The position numbers were made by a program, and so were the translations under genes. 64,000 nucleotides of DNA from Candidatus Krumholzibacteriia bacterium (lineage in GTDB: Bacteria > Krumholzibacteriota > Krumholzibacteriia > Krumholzibacteriales > Krumholzibacteriaceae), in assembly GCA_963836185.1 (NCBI GenBank), contig CAWIIQ010000001.1, positions 2,250,874 to 2,314,873 of the forward strand, given 5' to 3'. The notes beneath the pieces are model-generated. The model was not told the origin of the DNA and searched no databases. It saw only the letters and a program-made list of their open reading frames with translations. Positions within the stretch are counted from its first letter, which is position 1. Every line of letters begins with the position of its first letter. Positions 21,689-32,831 of this stretch are shown in pieces.

Positions 21689-24600
21689 CTGTCCTCCAGG
21701 GTATCCCTTATCTTGTCGGCAAGTTCCCTGACCGTAAACGGCTTCTGGAGAAACTTGACGCCTTCATCCACGAAGCCCTTGTGTATGATCACATTATCCG
21801 TATAGCCTGACATGAAGAGGACCTTCGCCTGCGGACAGTGTTCTATTACCCGGCGGTGAAGTTCCCTTCCGTTCATACCAGGCATAACCACATCGGTGAC
21901 AAGAATATCGAGCCCGCTGCCCGCCTTTTTCGCGATCTCGAGCGCCTCCACCCCTTCAGAAGCACAGTGCACGTCGTATCCGCGTTCTTTCAGTATCCTC
22001 TCCACGAGGTTGAGGACGATCCTGTCGTCTTCTACTACAAGTACGGTCTCACTGCCTCCGGCGGCGATACCGGTCTGTTTCGCTGACTCCTCCCTTACGA
22101 TCTCCTCGACGGTCGGCGGGAAGAGAAGCTTGAAGCTCGATCCCTCGCCCGGCTCGCTGTAGACGTAGATGTATCCCCCGTGCTGCTTGACTATCCCGTA
22201 GACGACGGCGAGCCCGAGCCCGGTCCCTTTTCCTCTCTCCTTGGTCGTGAAGAACGGATCGAAGATCTTGTCGACAATACCATCGTCCATACCGGTGCCT
22301 GTGTCGGATACCGAAATCTGCACGTAGTCGCCGGGCTCGAGTATGAAGTGAGGCTTGATCATCCTCTCCTCGATCTCGACGAACTGTGTCTCGATGAACA
22401 GCTTGCCGCCTTCAGGCATCGCGTCCACCGCGTTTATCGAAAGATTGATCAGCATCATCTCGATCTGCGTCGGATCGGCCTTGATCTTCTTCTCCCCGGG
22501 ATCGAGGTGAATGGACAGTTCGATGTCTTCTCTCAGAAGCCTCGCGAGCAGAGGCTGCAGCTCTTCTATGACATCATTCACGTCTACTACGTTAGCCTCG
22601 AAGACCTGTTTCCTGCTGAAGGCGAGGAGCTGCTTCGTCAGCCTCGAGGCCTTGATCCCCGTCCTGTGTATATCATGGACCGTCGTATAGGCCGGATCGT
22701 CCTCGCTGATCATACCCAGCACAAGATCTGTGCCTCCTATGATCGCGGTGAGGATATTGTTGAAATCGTGGGCGATTCCCCCGGCAAGGGTACCGACCGC
22801 TTCCATCTTCTGAGCCTGTTGAAGCTGTTCCTGCAGTCTTCTGGCCTCTGTGACATCCCGCATCGAACCAACGATCCTCGGCGCTTCCTCGCCCTCGACC
22901 GAAATGAGCGTCGCCGTTATCGATACGGGGTGTACCGTCCCCTCGCTGTCGGCCATATCGACGAAGTAGTTCGTCACGGAACCTTCGTTGCGAAGCGTCT
23001 CGGTAAATCTCTTCCTCGCCTCCGGATCGACATACATGAAGACAGCGTTCCTGTCGAGGACATCCTTCCTCTTCACCTTGAGGATATCCTCGACGGAAGG
23101 GCTTATTTCGATGACTTCCCCGTCGAGTGTCGATTCGAAGTATATCTCCCTGACATTCTCGAATATCCTCCTGTACCTGCTCTCGCTCTCCCGCAGCGCC
23201 TCCTCGGTCCTCTTTCTCTCGGTCACGTCGAGGAACATCGCAGCCATCTTTCCCGGAGCGGTCTGGAAGGCGTAGACCTCGTATGCGCCTCGGATCCCCT
23301 CGAAATCATAGTCGATCTGCTCCATCTTCCATGGGATTCCATCTCTGGCTACATCCCTGTACCTGTCCGGTACCTCGGTGCCGGCCAGGGGAGGAAAGGC
23401 CTCTTCGATGCTTTTGCCCGCGAAGAGACTGTTATCTATGCCGAGGATAGTATCAGCGGCTGGATTGGCCCCGATGAATACGAGGTTCCCGTCATCTTCG
23501 AGCTGATAGAGATGCATCCCCATCGGCGAGGCTTCGACGATATTCCTGAACTTCTCTTCCGACTCCATCAGGGCCCGTTCGACGATCTTTCTCTCCGTGA
23601 TATCGGTGAATACGACGACACCCGCGGCGATCTTGCCCCGTGCGTCCCTTACAGGCGCCGCGTTCGTCAGGATCCACCTGTCTTCGCCGTCCTGGCGCCT
23701 GATGATCGCCTCGATGTTCCGCGAGATCTCCCCTTTCATCACAGCTCTTGAAAGGGGAAGGTCCTCTGGTTCAAAGATCGAGCCATCCGGGTGAAACACC
23801 TGCCAGTTCGCCGGATGCAGTTCCGCCGGTATTCCGGTAAGCGCAGCCTTGCTGTCCCCGCGAATACCGAGTGCGGCTGGATTCGCTACCCTGATATTGA
23901 CGTCCGGAGCGTCGGCGATCAGGATACCCGCCGCGCTCTGCTCGATGGCAGCGGTAAGAAGGGACCGCATCCTCTCCAGCGCCTCCTCCGTCTCCTTGCG
24001 CTTGGTTATGTCCCTCACGATCGCCTGAATGAACATCTCGCCCGAAAGCTCGAGGCTGTTGAGGCTTACCTCAGCATCGAACGTGGTCCCGTCGCTTCGT
24101 AGATGCTGCCACTCGAATATCTGGAACTCTCCCGCGATCGCTGATTCTATCTTCTCGAGCGCCTTCTCCCTGGAATCACGTCCGTCAGGCTGCTGCGGAG
24201 GAGAAAATTCGTACGGCGGATGGCCGACTATCTCGTCGCGTAAACATCCGAACATCTCGAGCGTCCTGGGATTGCAGTCGATGAACTTGTCTTCCTTCAT
24301 CAGGAAGATCGCGTCGTTCGCCAGTTCGAAGAGGAGCCTGTATCTCGTCTCACTCTCGCGCAGCTCGCGCTCCGTCTTCTTTGCCCGGGTGATATCACGC
24401 GCGACGGCGAAAACGAGCTCCCCTTCGGGGATCGGAAACGAGTTCCATTCGATCCATTTATACGAACCGTCGCTGCACCTGTACCTGTTCTCGAATCCCT
24501 GGATCTCCTCGCCAGCCGCAAGCCTCTCACGGGCAGCGATCGTCCGGGTATGATCATCGGGGTGAACAAATTCAAGGGGAGCCTTATCGAGCAGTTCCTC

Positions 24601-24798
24601 CTCATCCCATCCGAGGGTCCTCTTCCAGGCCGGATTGAGGTGAATGAAACGGCCGTCCATACCGGTAACGCAGAGCATGTCTATCGATAGGCCGAAGAAG
24701 AGGTCGCGCCAGGCGGAAGTCGATTCAGTATCACCGGGGCGGCCTTTCAGATCAGCTATCCTCGCCAGAAGGTCTTTTCTCGGTGGTGTTCCCGGCAT
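21685..24798 (-). CDS. Multi-PAS hybrid sensor histidine kinase/response regulator
   Basis: About five PAS domains; [11 protein letters not shown]; DPFFTTK...GTGLGL; receiver VLVVED...TDVVMP...FLQKP. Confidence 0.95.
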   Translation of the reverse strand: MPGTPPRKDLLARIADLKGRPGDTESTSAWRDLFFGLSIDMLCVTGMDGRFIHLNPAWKRTLGWDEEELLDKAPLEFVHPDDHTRTIAARERLAAGEEIQGFENRYRCSDGSYKWIEWNSFPIPEGELVFAVARDITRAKKTERELRESETRYRLLFELANDAIFLMKEDKFIDCNPRTLEMFGCLRDEIVGHPPYEFSPPQQPDGRDSREKALEKIESAIAGEFQIFEWQHLRSDGTTFDAEVSLNSLELSGEMFIQAIVRDITKRKETEEALERMRSLLTAAIEQSAAGILIADAPDVNIRVANPAALGIRGDSKAALTGIPAELHPANWQVFHPDGSIFEPEDLPLSRAVMKGEISRNIEAIIRRQDGEDRWILTNAAPVRDARGKIAAGVVVFTDITERKIVERALMESEEKFRNIVEASPMGMHLYQLEDDGNLVFIGANPAADTILGIDNSLFAGKSIEEAFPPLAGTEVPDRYRDVARDGIPWKMEQIDYDFEGIRGAYEVYAFQTAPGKMAAMFLDVTERKRTEEALRESESRYRRIFENVREIYFESTLDGEVIEISPSVEDILKVKRKDVLDRNAVFMYVDPEARKRFTETLRNEGSVTNYFVDMADSEGTVHPVSITATLISVEGEEAPRIVGSMRDVTEARRLQEQLQQAQKMEAVGTLAGGIAHDFNNILTAIIGGTDLVLGMISEDDPAYTTVHDIHRTGIKASRLTKQLLAFSRKQVFEANVVDVNDVIEELQPLLARLLREDIELSIHLDPGEKKIKADPTQIEMMLINLSINAVDAMPEGGKLFIETQFVEIEERMIKPHFILEPGDYVQISVSDTGTGMDDGIVDKIFDPFFTTKERGKGTGLGLAVVYGIVKQHGGYIYVYSEPGEGSSFKLLFPPTVEEIVREESAKQTGIAAGGSETVLVVEDDRIVLNLVERILKERGYDVHCASEGVEALEIAKKAGSGLDILVTDVVMPGMNGRELHRRVIEHCPQAKVLFMSGYTDNVIIHKGFVDEGVKFLQKPFTVRELADKIRDTLEDR

Positions 24799-24810
24799 CC
24801 ATCGCTCCCA

Positions 24811-25732
24811 TCAGAAGTAGAAGAAAAGTTCCAGCATCGATTCGGATCCGCGAAGCCTGTTCCTGGCCGCGAACTGGGAATATGCGCGCCATCTGATCTC
24901 GACAGGCTGGTCAGGAACATGAAGGGCGAGCTCGATACCGGCTGCCATCACGCTGCTCCTTATCCCCTGGTCTTCCGGGGGTACCGCGCTGCCCGAGTTA
25001 TCCGTCACCTGCCAGACACCGTAACCGGCAGCTCCGATATCGAAAACATCCCAGAGGCGTTTCCCGAACGCAGCTTCCAGAATAGTGTCATTCCCCGGCC
25101 TGATATCCCTTTCCTCGAGCTCCATATTGATTTCGTACCGCGCTATCAGCGTACCGGACCATGTGCTGTCCGCGCCTGCATACCCGGTCCCACCCAGTGA
25201 GAACAGATGGCTCCAGTGTCCGTTCCCGACATTATCGACGGCGTCAACGTCGTACCTCCCGACAGGGATGTAGAAGCAATACTCAAACATCCAGTGGAGA
25301 CGTCCCGATTCCCAGCCGAGTATCAGAGGGGTCACTCCCGGATCCCCCACTCCGACCGGACCGTCCTGTATGTCGGGGTTCGGGGTATTAAAGTCGGCCT
25401 CCGCGAATATAAAATCGAAGGCGAACCCGTAGTTTCCACCGAGCAGTTTCCTGCCTGTCATGAACCTGTACCTGATACTCCCGAAAAGGACCTCGATATC
25501 GGCATTTATACTGCCCGTGCTGCCGTCATCCTGCGCATATTCTGAAGTGAAATACATGCCGGTCAGGGTCTTGAAACCGTGGTCCCTGTCCTGCGGCAAA
25601 ACGGCAGAGTTCATCCCGTTGCTTCCCGGCTGGTAATGCCCGGACTGGGCCGACACCGCGCCGGCCAGGAAGACCGTAAGGACAGTCGGCCAGGAAAGAA
25701 GACTTCAAGTTGTACCTGCAACTGACGTTCAT
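24811..25732 (-). CDS. SphA/MetA-pathway-like outer-membrane beta-barrel (frameshift in signal region)
   Basis: GHYQPGSNG, GVGDP, YIPVGRYD, alternating beta-strands, terminal FFYF. Confidence 0.7.
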
Positions 25733-25780
25733 CTTTACGATTATATCCAGGGATATCCCGCGGTAAAGGAAAATCAGGGG

Positions 25781-25813
25781 AAAAAAAGGTCGCACCTTCG
25801 AAAAGGGCGACCT
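25781..25813 (-). terminator. Intrinsic terminator
   Basis: AGGTCGC...GCGACCT hairpin followed by a U-tract on the minus strand. Confidence 0.8.
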
Positions 25814-25841
25814 AAATATCTCAGCCTATGTCACTTCCCGC

Positions 25842-26384
25842 TTACTGAGGCGGGAACTTGGCGAGAAGCTGGTCGACAGCCTTCTGCATGTTCTTATCGG
25901 CATCCTCAGGGCTTGACGTTTCCAGAGAGGGCCTTCTGGGCTGTTCCTCTCCAGACGATGTTCTTCGTCTCGTAGTCGATGAAATCGAGGATCAGCGTTC
26001 CCTCTGTATACTGGATGACGTCTACCGACTCGCCCCACGGTCCCCAGTACGGCCCGTAGGTGTAGCCCCAGTTCGTCACGTTGACCTTGTCCTGGACACC
26101 GGTGTGATACATGATGACGAAGTCGGGATCAGTCGTATTGATGGAGTAGCCCTTGGCCTCGAGGTTGCTGTTCACAGCATTCTTGAGCCTGCTGTCAAAA
26201 AGGCTGTTATTCGCCTGGCCGCCTGGGCGCTGCCGCCGGTATTGACCTCGCGCGGCATCCAGGCGAATGTCTGAAGCTTTGAGAAATCTGCAGTGTTGTC
26301 ATAATCGAATGATGTATTGACCGTTGAACACCCTGATATCACCAGGGCCGCGATACCGAGCAGAATAACCGTCGTCCTTTTCAC
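25842..26384 (-). CDS. DUF4136-family lipoprotein (frameshifted)
   Basis: Lipobox ISGC; DYDNTADFS..TFAW; YTEGTLILDFID..VWRG; terminal KFPPQ. Confidence 0.82.
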
Positions 26385-26563
26385 TTCTGCACCTCCTGCA
26401 GATCTTCTACAGTCCATCCTCTGACCTTTTTGCCGCGGTATATCCCCGGAAAACAGGGTCCGTTGATGTCCTGTCTAATTATCATTGTTTTTAGTAACTT
26501 ATTATTATAGTAATACTGAAGTCAAGGAATCCTTTTCTCCTTAACGCAGCCTGAATGGATGAG

Positions 26564-27425
26564 ATGAAGAGATCTTCAGCGTATCTGCTCATACTTGCGC
26601 TTGCCGCCATTTCGTGCGGTTCGATCAACAACTACCTCGACCCCGAGGGGCCGAGGGTCGACGGGGATTGCGCCGACGGCGCACCCTGCGAGACAGCCCC
26701 CGATACGGTCAAGGTGATCTCATACAACGTCAAGTTCGGTAAAAAGGTCGACACGGCGATCGAAGAGCTCAGGACCGTCCCGTACCTGAGACTGCGCCGA
26801 CATCATCCTGCTCCAGGAGATGGACGGCGAAGGGGTCAAGCTCATCGCCGACAGTCTCGACCTCGAGTACGTCTACTATCCCGCTTCGGTCCACAAGGCT
26901 CACGGCAAGGATTTCGGAAACGCGGTCCTCTCGAGATGGCCGATCGAGGATTTCAGAAAGGTCATCCTTCCGCACTCGAAACCGACCGATGACCAGAGAA
27001 GGATCGCGGTGGGCGCCACCGTCATGGCCGGCGGCCTGAAGATAAGGGTGTTCAGCGTCCACACCGAGACCTTCTGGATGAACTACGACAAGAGGCTCGA
27101 GCAGGCCGATTCACTCGTAAGAGCCATCTCGAAGGATTACTCGCAAGCCATCATCGCCGGGGATTTCAATACTCCCTTCGGGAGAAATGTGAAGGATATC
27201 GAGAATACTTTTGCCGCTTCGGGGTTCGTCAGGGCGAATTCGGGTGTGGGATGGACCGCAAGGGTCCTGCCCTTCGGGCTGTGGAAGATGGAACTCGATC
27301 ATATCTTCGTGAAAGGATTCGAGGTAGTAAGATCGGGCAAGTTCGAGGAAGGAGAGGCGAGCGATCATGTGCCGCTGTGGACGATACTCAGGCCTCTGCC
27401 GGCCGATGTCCCCGATGTTCCTTAA
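26564..27425 (+). CDS. Endonuclease/exonuclease/phosphatase-family lipoprotein (frameshift near 26790)
   Basis: Lipobox AISC; SYNVK, LLQE, GNAVLSRWP, AGDFN, LDHIF, SDH. Confidence 0.85.
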
Positions 27426-27437
27426 GCGATCCGCCGG

Positions 27438-28746
27438 CTACCTGACCCGCTCCCTCTGCCGTTCGGCCTTCTCTCCCGTCGCGAAATGGAACCTGTACCA
27501 GGGATCACCATCCTGGAATCCGAAATCCATCCTCACGAGCCCGACGTACGGGACTATCAGCCTCAGCCCCGTTCCGCCGCTCCACAGGAAGTTCGGCTCG
27601 AACTCAGCTTCCGTGTTCCATGCGGATCCGAAATCGGTGAAAAAGGCGAGCTGCATCCCGAGGGACGCCGTGATCCCGAAATAGCTGAACGGCCTCGGCT
27701 GCATGAAGTTCCAGCGGTACTCGACCGTATTGATGAACTGGTTCTTGCCTACCTTCGTGCCGACGCCATAACCCCTGATCGAGTTGCTCCCCCCGACACC
27801 GAATGTCTGCCAGTAAGCTACCTCTTTGTTTACCGCTCCGCTTGTATTGGTGTAGAGGGAGAAGAAACACAGGGTATGGTCGAGCGCGAGGGGTTGAAAA
27901 CGCCTCAGGTCGAAGTTGCTCTGCCAGAAATCGCTGTCGGTGCCGAATAGTCCAGACTTTGCGAGCTCGACGCTCGACCACCAGCCCTCGTGCGGATTCG
28001 AATAGAGATCCCTGCTGTCGTACCCGACGAAGAGGCTCCCGTATATGACATGATCAGTATTGTCGGATGAGAGGGTCTTGCCGTCCGTATCGCTCTGGAT
28101 CCCCTGGTAGTACAGACCGGCCGCCGGCCCTGCCGTACTCGCCGATATATTTTCTCAGCATAGTGTAGACCTCGTCGGCCGTCTCCGTGAAGCCGTGGAT
28201 CACGTTGTCCCTGTCACGATGATAATATTCCGCCTGGTATCCGATGCGGTTACCCGCTACCCACGGATCGCGAAGGTCGATCTCGACGGTGGTCTCCCCG
28301 CCGAACCTCGCCACACCGGAGAGGTATATGGCCCTTCCGAGCAGGTTTACCGACTTGAGCCCGCCTCCTATCGAAAGGCCGTTCTCGTCGCTGACAGAGA
28401 TACTTACAACGGGGAGATAGGCGAATGTCTCCTTCACCTCGATGAAGACGACCAGCCCGCCGTCATTGTCAAGCGAAGTATATATCTTGACCTCGCTGAA
28501 GATCTGAAGCCGGTCGAGGCGCTCGTAGTCCTTCTGCTCGTTTTCCTTCGTGAACGGCTCGCCGACCTTCGTAGCGAGCTCGCGATCTACGACGTAGGAT
28601 TTCGTCGTCTCGAGCCCGATGACTCTAATGTCGGTAACGATCTGCCCGTAGACGTGCGAGTCATCGGCTTCCTGCGCACGCGTCGATGAAGCTGTGTAAA
28701 GGAGCAGAAGGACCACGGGAAGGAAAGTATGGACCGATCTCCTCAA
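27438..28746 (-). CDS. Omp85/BamA-TamA family outer-membrane protein with one POTRA domain (frameshifted)
   Basis: Signal peptide; POTRA (IRVIGLETTKSYVVDREL...LQIFSEV); GGSNSIRGY; GTGLRL. Confidence 0.8.
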
Positions 28747-28762
28747 GGAATACCTTCCCGCG

Positions 28763-31700
28763 CTACAGCGCCAGTTTGATGTATCTGCTCAGCTTGGCTT
28801 TGAATCCGGAAAACGCCGGCATCATCTCATCGAGGGTCTGGAGATCTTCGACCCATGTCGATATGAGCAGCAGCTCTATCAGGTCGAGGAAAGCGACCGC
28901 CGCCCTCAATCCGGAAGTTACGAAAAGGACCTCTCCGTCCATGATCTTTCCGCGGTAATCCTGGTTCTGGGAACCGATGGTGAGGTACATCGACAGCTTC
29001 TCCAGTTCCCCCGGTTCTATAGCCCCGGCCCATTCCCGTATGAGCTTCCCGCTCCTGCGCGCGAGATGTTCCCTCAGTTCCTTCACGTCGACATAACTGT
29101 CCTCGTGAGCAGACTGCTCCGCCCTGGCGATCAGGTAGTCCCTGAAGAGGGGCCCCCATGCTTCGAGAGGAAGCAGTGTCTCCCCGACCTGCGGAGTATA
29201 GAAGAACTGCGCCTTGAGGTGGATCTTCGGCTTCCTCGCTACAGCATCCGCGGTAAGATGGGTGGTCCTGTATTCCTCTTCCTTCAGCATATCGATCGCT
29301 TCCTCGATATACCCCCTGACCGACTCGTGGGAAGGAAATACCTCGTGTATCCAGTCATACTCGTCCATATGCTTCAGCATCGCTTCTGCCCGTCCGACCT
29401 GGTCCTGGACATCTCCGTCGTAATTATAGACTCCGAGCCTGAATCGTCCTCCCACCTGCTCGAGTTCTTCGTCGAACACGTCCCTAAGAAGGACAAATCT
29501 GGTGAAGAGCTCGTTCGCTCTGGCCATCTGCGGGACACCGTCGCTCGGGGCATTGAGTAGCGAAGGAGCGATGACATGTATCCTGCATCCCCTCATCGCC
29601 GCGCCGTAAAGCATCGATCCCCAGAAGGTGCTGTTCCACAGAGAATCGGGGATAAGCATGAATGAACCGGACGGCATCAGGTTGTAGAGGACTCCCTTGA
29701 CCACGTTATCCCATTTCTGGTTGAACCCGGTATGATTGTGAAGCTGCATCGATGATGCGTTCCAACCATTCTCCACCAGGGCCTGGACCTTGTCGTCATA
29801 GTCGTCAGGCTTCGGCAGGGGCCTCAGCGGCTCGGGGATCTGATCGACCTTGAATCCCTGCTCGAGAAGGAGGTTCCTCGCCTCGGTCTTCAGATCGAGG
29901 ACGGCTGGTCCCCTCGCGAGAATCGCCCTGTCGTCCCAGGTCGCCCCGGCGTAGTGCTCGCCGACACCCATCCCCGTGAACATCCCCTCGCCCCTGCCCG
30001 GATCGAGTTCGGTGAGATCGTAGAAGCTGATCTTCCTGTGGTCCCTGAAGAGGATGTCTGGCACGAAAAAGAGGTACTTGAACATGTTCGCGCTTCTGAA
30101 CGAGAAGTCGGCGGGATTCGTGATATTGATATGTACCTTTACGAGGTTTTTGAGCCACTTATCGCCGTATGCCTCACGCCCGGCGCTGAGAGTCTCGGAT
30201 GAATCGACAGCTGCGCGAAGCTCGTCCTGGAGACTCAGGATGTTCTCTTCCCATTCCTCGAATCCGTCGGGAAGATCTACCTTCCTGTCTAGAGGATCCT
30301 CGAGGAACTCGAGCCAGAGCTTGCCGTTTCCAGCCTCGAAATAGAACTGGTCGAGGATGACAGTCAGAACAGGCATCTTTCCCGTTCTGTCGAACTCTCT
30401 GACATTCTGGATGATCGCCTTGAGGTATCCGCCTGTCGACATCCTGTACCCGATCAGGTCCGGGTCACCGAGATTGTTCGTCCCCCTGTAATCGTGGATC
30501 CAGAGGACATGATAGTCCTCAGCCGCATGGATCATCCTCGCCAGCTCCCACTGGAACTGCTCGTTTATGACATAGTGCAGGTCGTTGCCGGTAGTAAATC
30601 CCTTGCCTACCGCCCTCTCGATGATCGCGTCAAGTTCGGCCCTGGTGTCGTGCTGATCGGTGTCGAACGAATAGTTAAGTGGAAGCCAGACGAGCCTCGA
30701 ATCCTGCCAGTTCTTTTTCAGAGCCTTGCGATTAGTTTCGACAATGTCGATAAGCCCGGCGAAGAGATAGTTCAGCGCTTTGTACTCATCTGCGTTGACA
30801 TCGAAGCGGGGCTGGATCGAATCGGCAAATTTCTTCTTCGCCTCGATGGCCAGGCCGAGGATCGTCTCGTCTTTCTTCCGTTGTCCCAGCAGCCTGTTAT
30901 ACGGGAGCAGTATCTCGTCGAGGAGCACCTCCCTCGCCAGGTCCGCCGTCTCCGATCCAAGTTCTTTGTCACCTCCGCAGGCGATCAAGAAAAGCTTTCT
31001 TCAGTTTTCTGTGATATGCGTTGATGACAGCGTTGAATGTATGTCCCTCAGGATGATCCTCGTCGGTCGTGTGGAAATATTCTCTTGAATTCAGCGACAC
31101 CTTCTTCGATCTTCTCTATGTGTTCTTCTTCTTCGAGATTGAACTCTTCGTCTGAGAAGAAGGTCGTATAGTCCTGGATATCGAAAGCCGGTCCTTCGAT
31201 CTGTTTGATGGCCGCCGTGAGATCGGCTGAAGGTGCGAACTCAGGATCCTTCTTCCTGCTTTTTCCAGGAAGAGATACGTGAGCTCGTTTAGGTCTGGTC
31301 TTGCCCATCCAGGGCTGGCCGATAGGTATGTTGACCCCGAAATTGAATGTATTCTCCCGGCCGGGGAGCCAGTCGACCCGGAAATCCCCACCCTGGCCGA
31401 AGAGCCCGCCACGCCTGAGAGGGAACTGGATCGACCATATCGAGCTCCAGTCCTCTTCTGTTATCGAATAGTCGGCACCGCCAGCGAACATGAAGAATTT
31501 CATCTGGCCCATCAGCCTCAGGCCGGCTGTTCCCTCACCGTTTGACTGGCCGCCATATGCCTCGAAGAGCGCGCCGATTATACCCATGTTGGGATTGAGC
31601 AGATCCCTGTAGACGGAGAGATTGAACTCCACTCCGCTCTGTGTACCCTCTCCCTCGCCGTCGAGGACATAAGATACGCCGACCCTGGGCATCCATTTCG

Positions 31701-31827
31701 GCGGGAAGCTCATCGATTTGACCATCTCTCCCCTGGCGGGAAGCTCGACAGTCTCAGCGGCCGAGAGACATGGTATCATGAATGTCGCTACTATTATTGT
31801 TGCTGTCAGAGAGAGTCGGGTTCGCAT
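28763..31827 (-). CDS. Large exported phospholipase D/cardiolipin synthase-like protein (two frameshifts near 31075 and 30990)
   Basis: HRKISFYD (HKD), WDDRAILARGPAV, HLK, IGSQNQDYR; N-terminal signal peptide and beta-rich region. Confidence 0.65.
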
Positions 31828-32291
31828 TCCTCTCCTTTGCCGATCGTGTCGGGTGGTGCTGCGGATGCCGTATCAGATAGCGCTGCTGATGCAGTATCGG
31901 CTGCTGCTTCCACGGGCGGGTTCCTGTACCGTTTCAGTTCGGCCAGAAGCCAGTCCTGCGATGTCATGACGGTACCGTCCTTGAGCCTTATCTGGTACTT
32001 CTTGCCGCTCATCATGCTCTTCGTGGCGCTCTTCTCGATGAAATCCTCGGGCGTCTTTATCTTCTTCTTGTAGTGGTTGTATTTCTTCTCTATATGCTTT
32101 TCGGCGTCCTCAGCCGAGTGCTCCTTGCCGTTCCTGATAAAGACCACATCGGCTGTCCGGACATACTCGAGCAGATGGGCGATCGTCGCGTCGAGGTCCT
32201 CCTTGCTTACGTCATCAGCCTTCTTTTCGGCTGCGGCGTGAACGGATACCAGCATCACCGCAATAGCGGCGACAGTCATAAATACCTTCAT
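31806..32291 (-). CDS. DUF5329-family exported protein
   Basis: FIRNGKEH...AEKHIEKK...TPEDFIEKSATKSMMSGKKYQI. Confidence 0.8.
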   Translation of the reverse strand: MKVFMTVAAIAVMLVSVHAAAEKKADDVSKEDLDATIAHLLEYVRTADVVFIRNGKEHSAEDAEKHIEKKYNHYKKKIKTPEDFIEKSATKSMMSGKKYQIRLKDGTVMTSQDWLLAELKRYRNPPVEAAADTASAALSDTASAAPPDTIGKGEECEPDSL

Positions 32292-32374
32292 AGTCTTACC
32301 ACCTTTGATTATCCGTGAGTCTCTACACACAGGAATATACCGAATATACTGCAACAGGGGATAATAATTGTCAA

Positions 32375-32815
32375 TTATACTTGGTCGGGGTCGAATTCGG
32401 GGTCATCTGTGAGCCTCTTGCCGAAGCCGATGACATGATCGCTGCTGTATCCTATCTTCTCGTAGAATCTTATGACGTCGAGGTTGCTCTCCCGAATCTG
32501 GAGATTGATCTTCGGGCACCCCATCCCGGTCAGGCCTTCCTCGATCCGTTCCATCATCAGCCGGCCGAGCCCTCTTCGCCTCATACCGGGATCCACGGCG
32601 AGATAGTTGATCCATCCCCTGTGGCCCTCGTACCCACCCATGGCAGTCGCGACGACATTGCCGTCGATGACACCGACAAGGAAGAGCTCGCCCTGCACCT
32701 TGAGTTTCCTGTCTATGTCGCAATCGGGATGGTTCCAGTCCACAAGGAGGCCGCACCTGTGCCACAGCGAGACTACGGCCCTCCTGTCCTGTTCCCTGAA
32801 TGATCTTATTTCCAT
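32375..32815 (-). CDS. GNAT acetyltransferase (YpeA-like)
   Basis: MGGYEGHRGWINYLAVDP...GCPKINLQIR...FYEKIGY. Confidence 0.9.
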   Translation of the reverse strand: MEIRSFREQDRRAVVSLWHRCGLLVDWNHPDCDIDRKLKVQGELFLVGVIDGNVVATAMGGYEGHRGWINYLAVDPGMRRRGLGRLMMERIEEGLTGMGCPKINLQIRESNLDVIRFYEKIGYSSDHVIGFGKRLTDDPEFDPDQV

Positions 32816-32831
32816 GACAGCCTGCCGTTGT

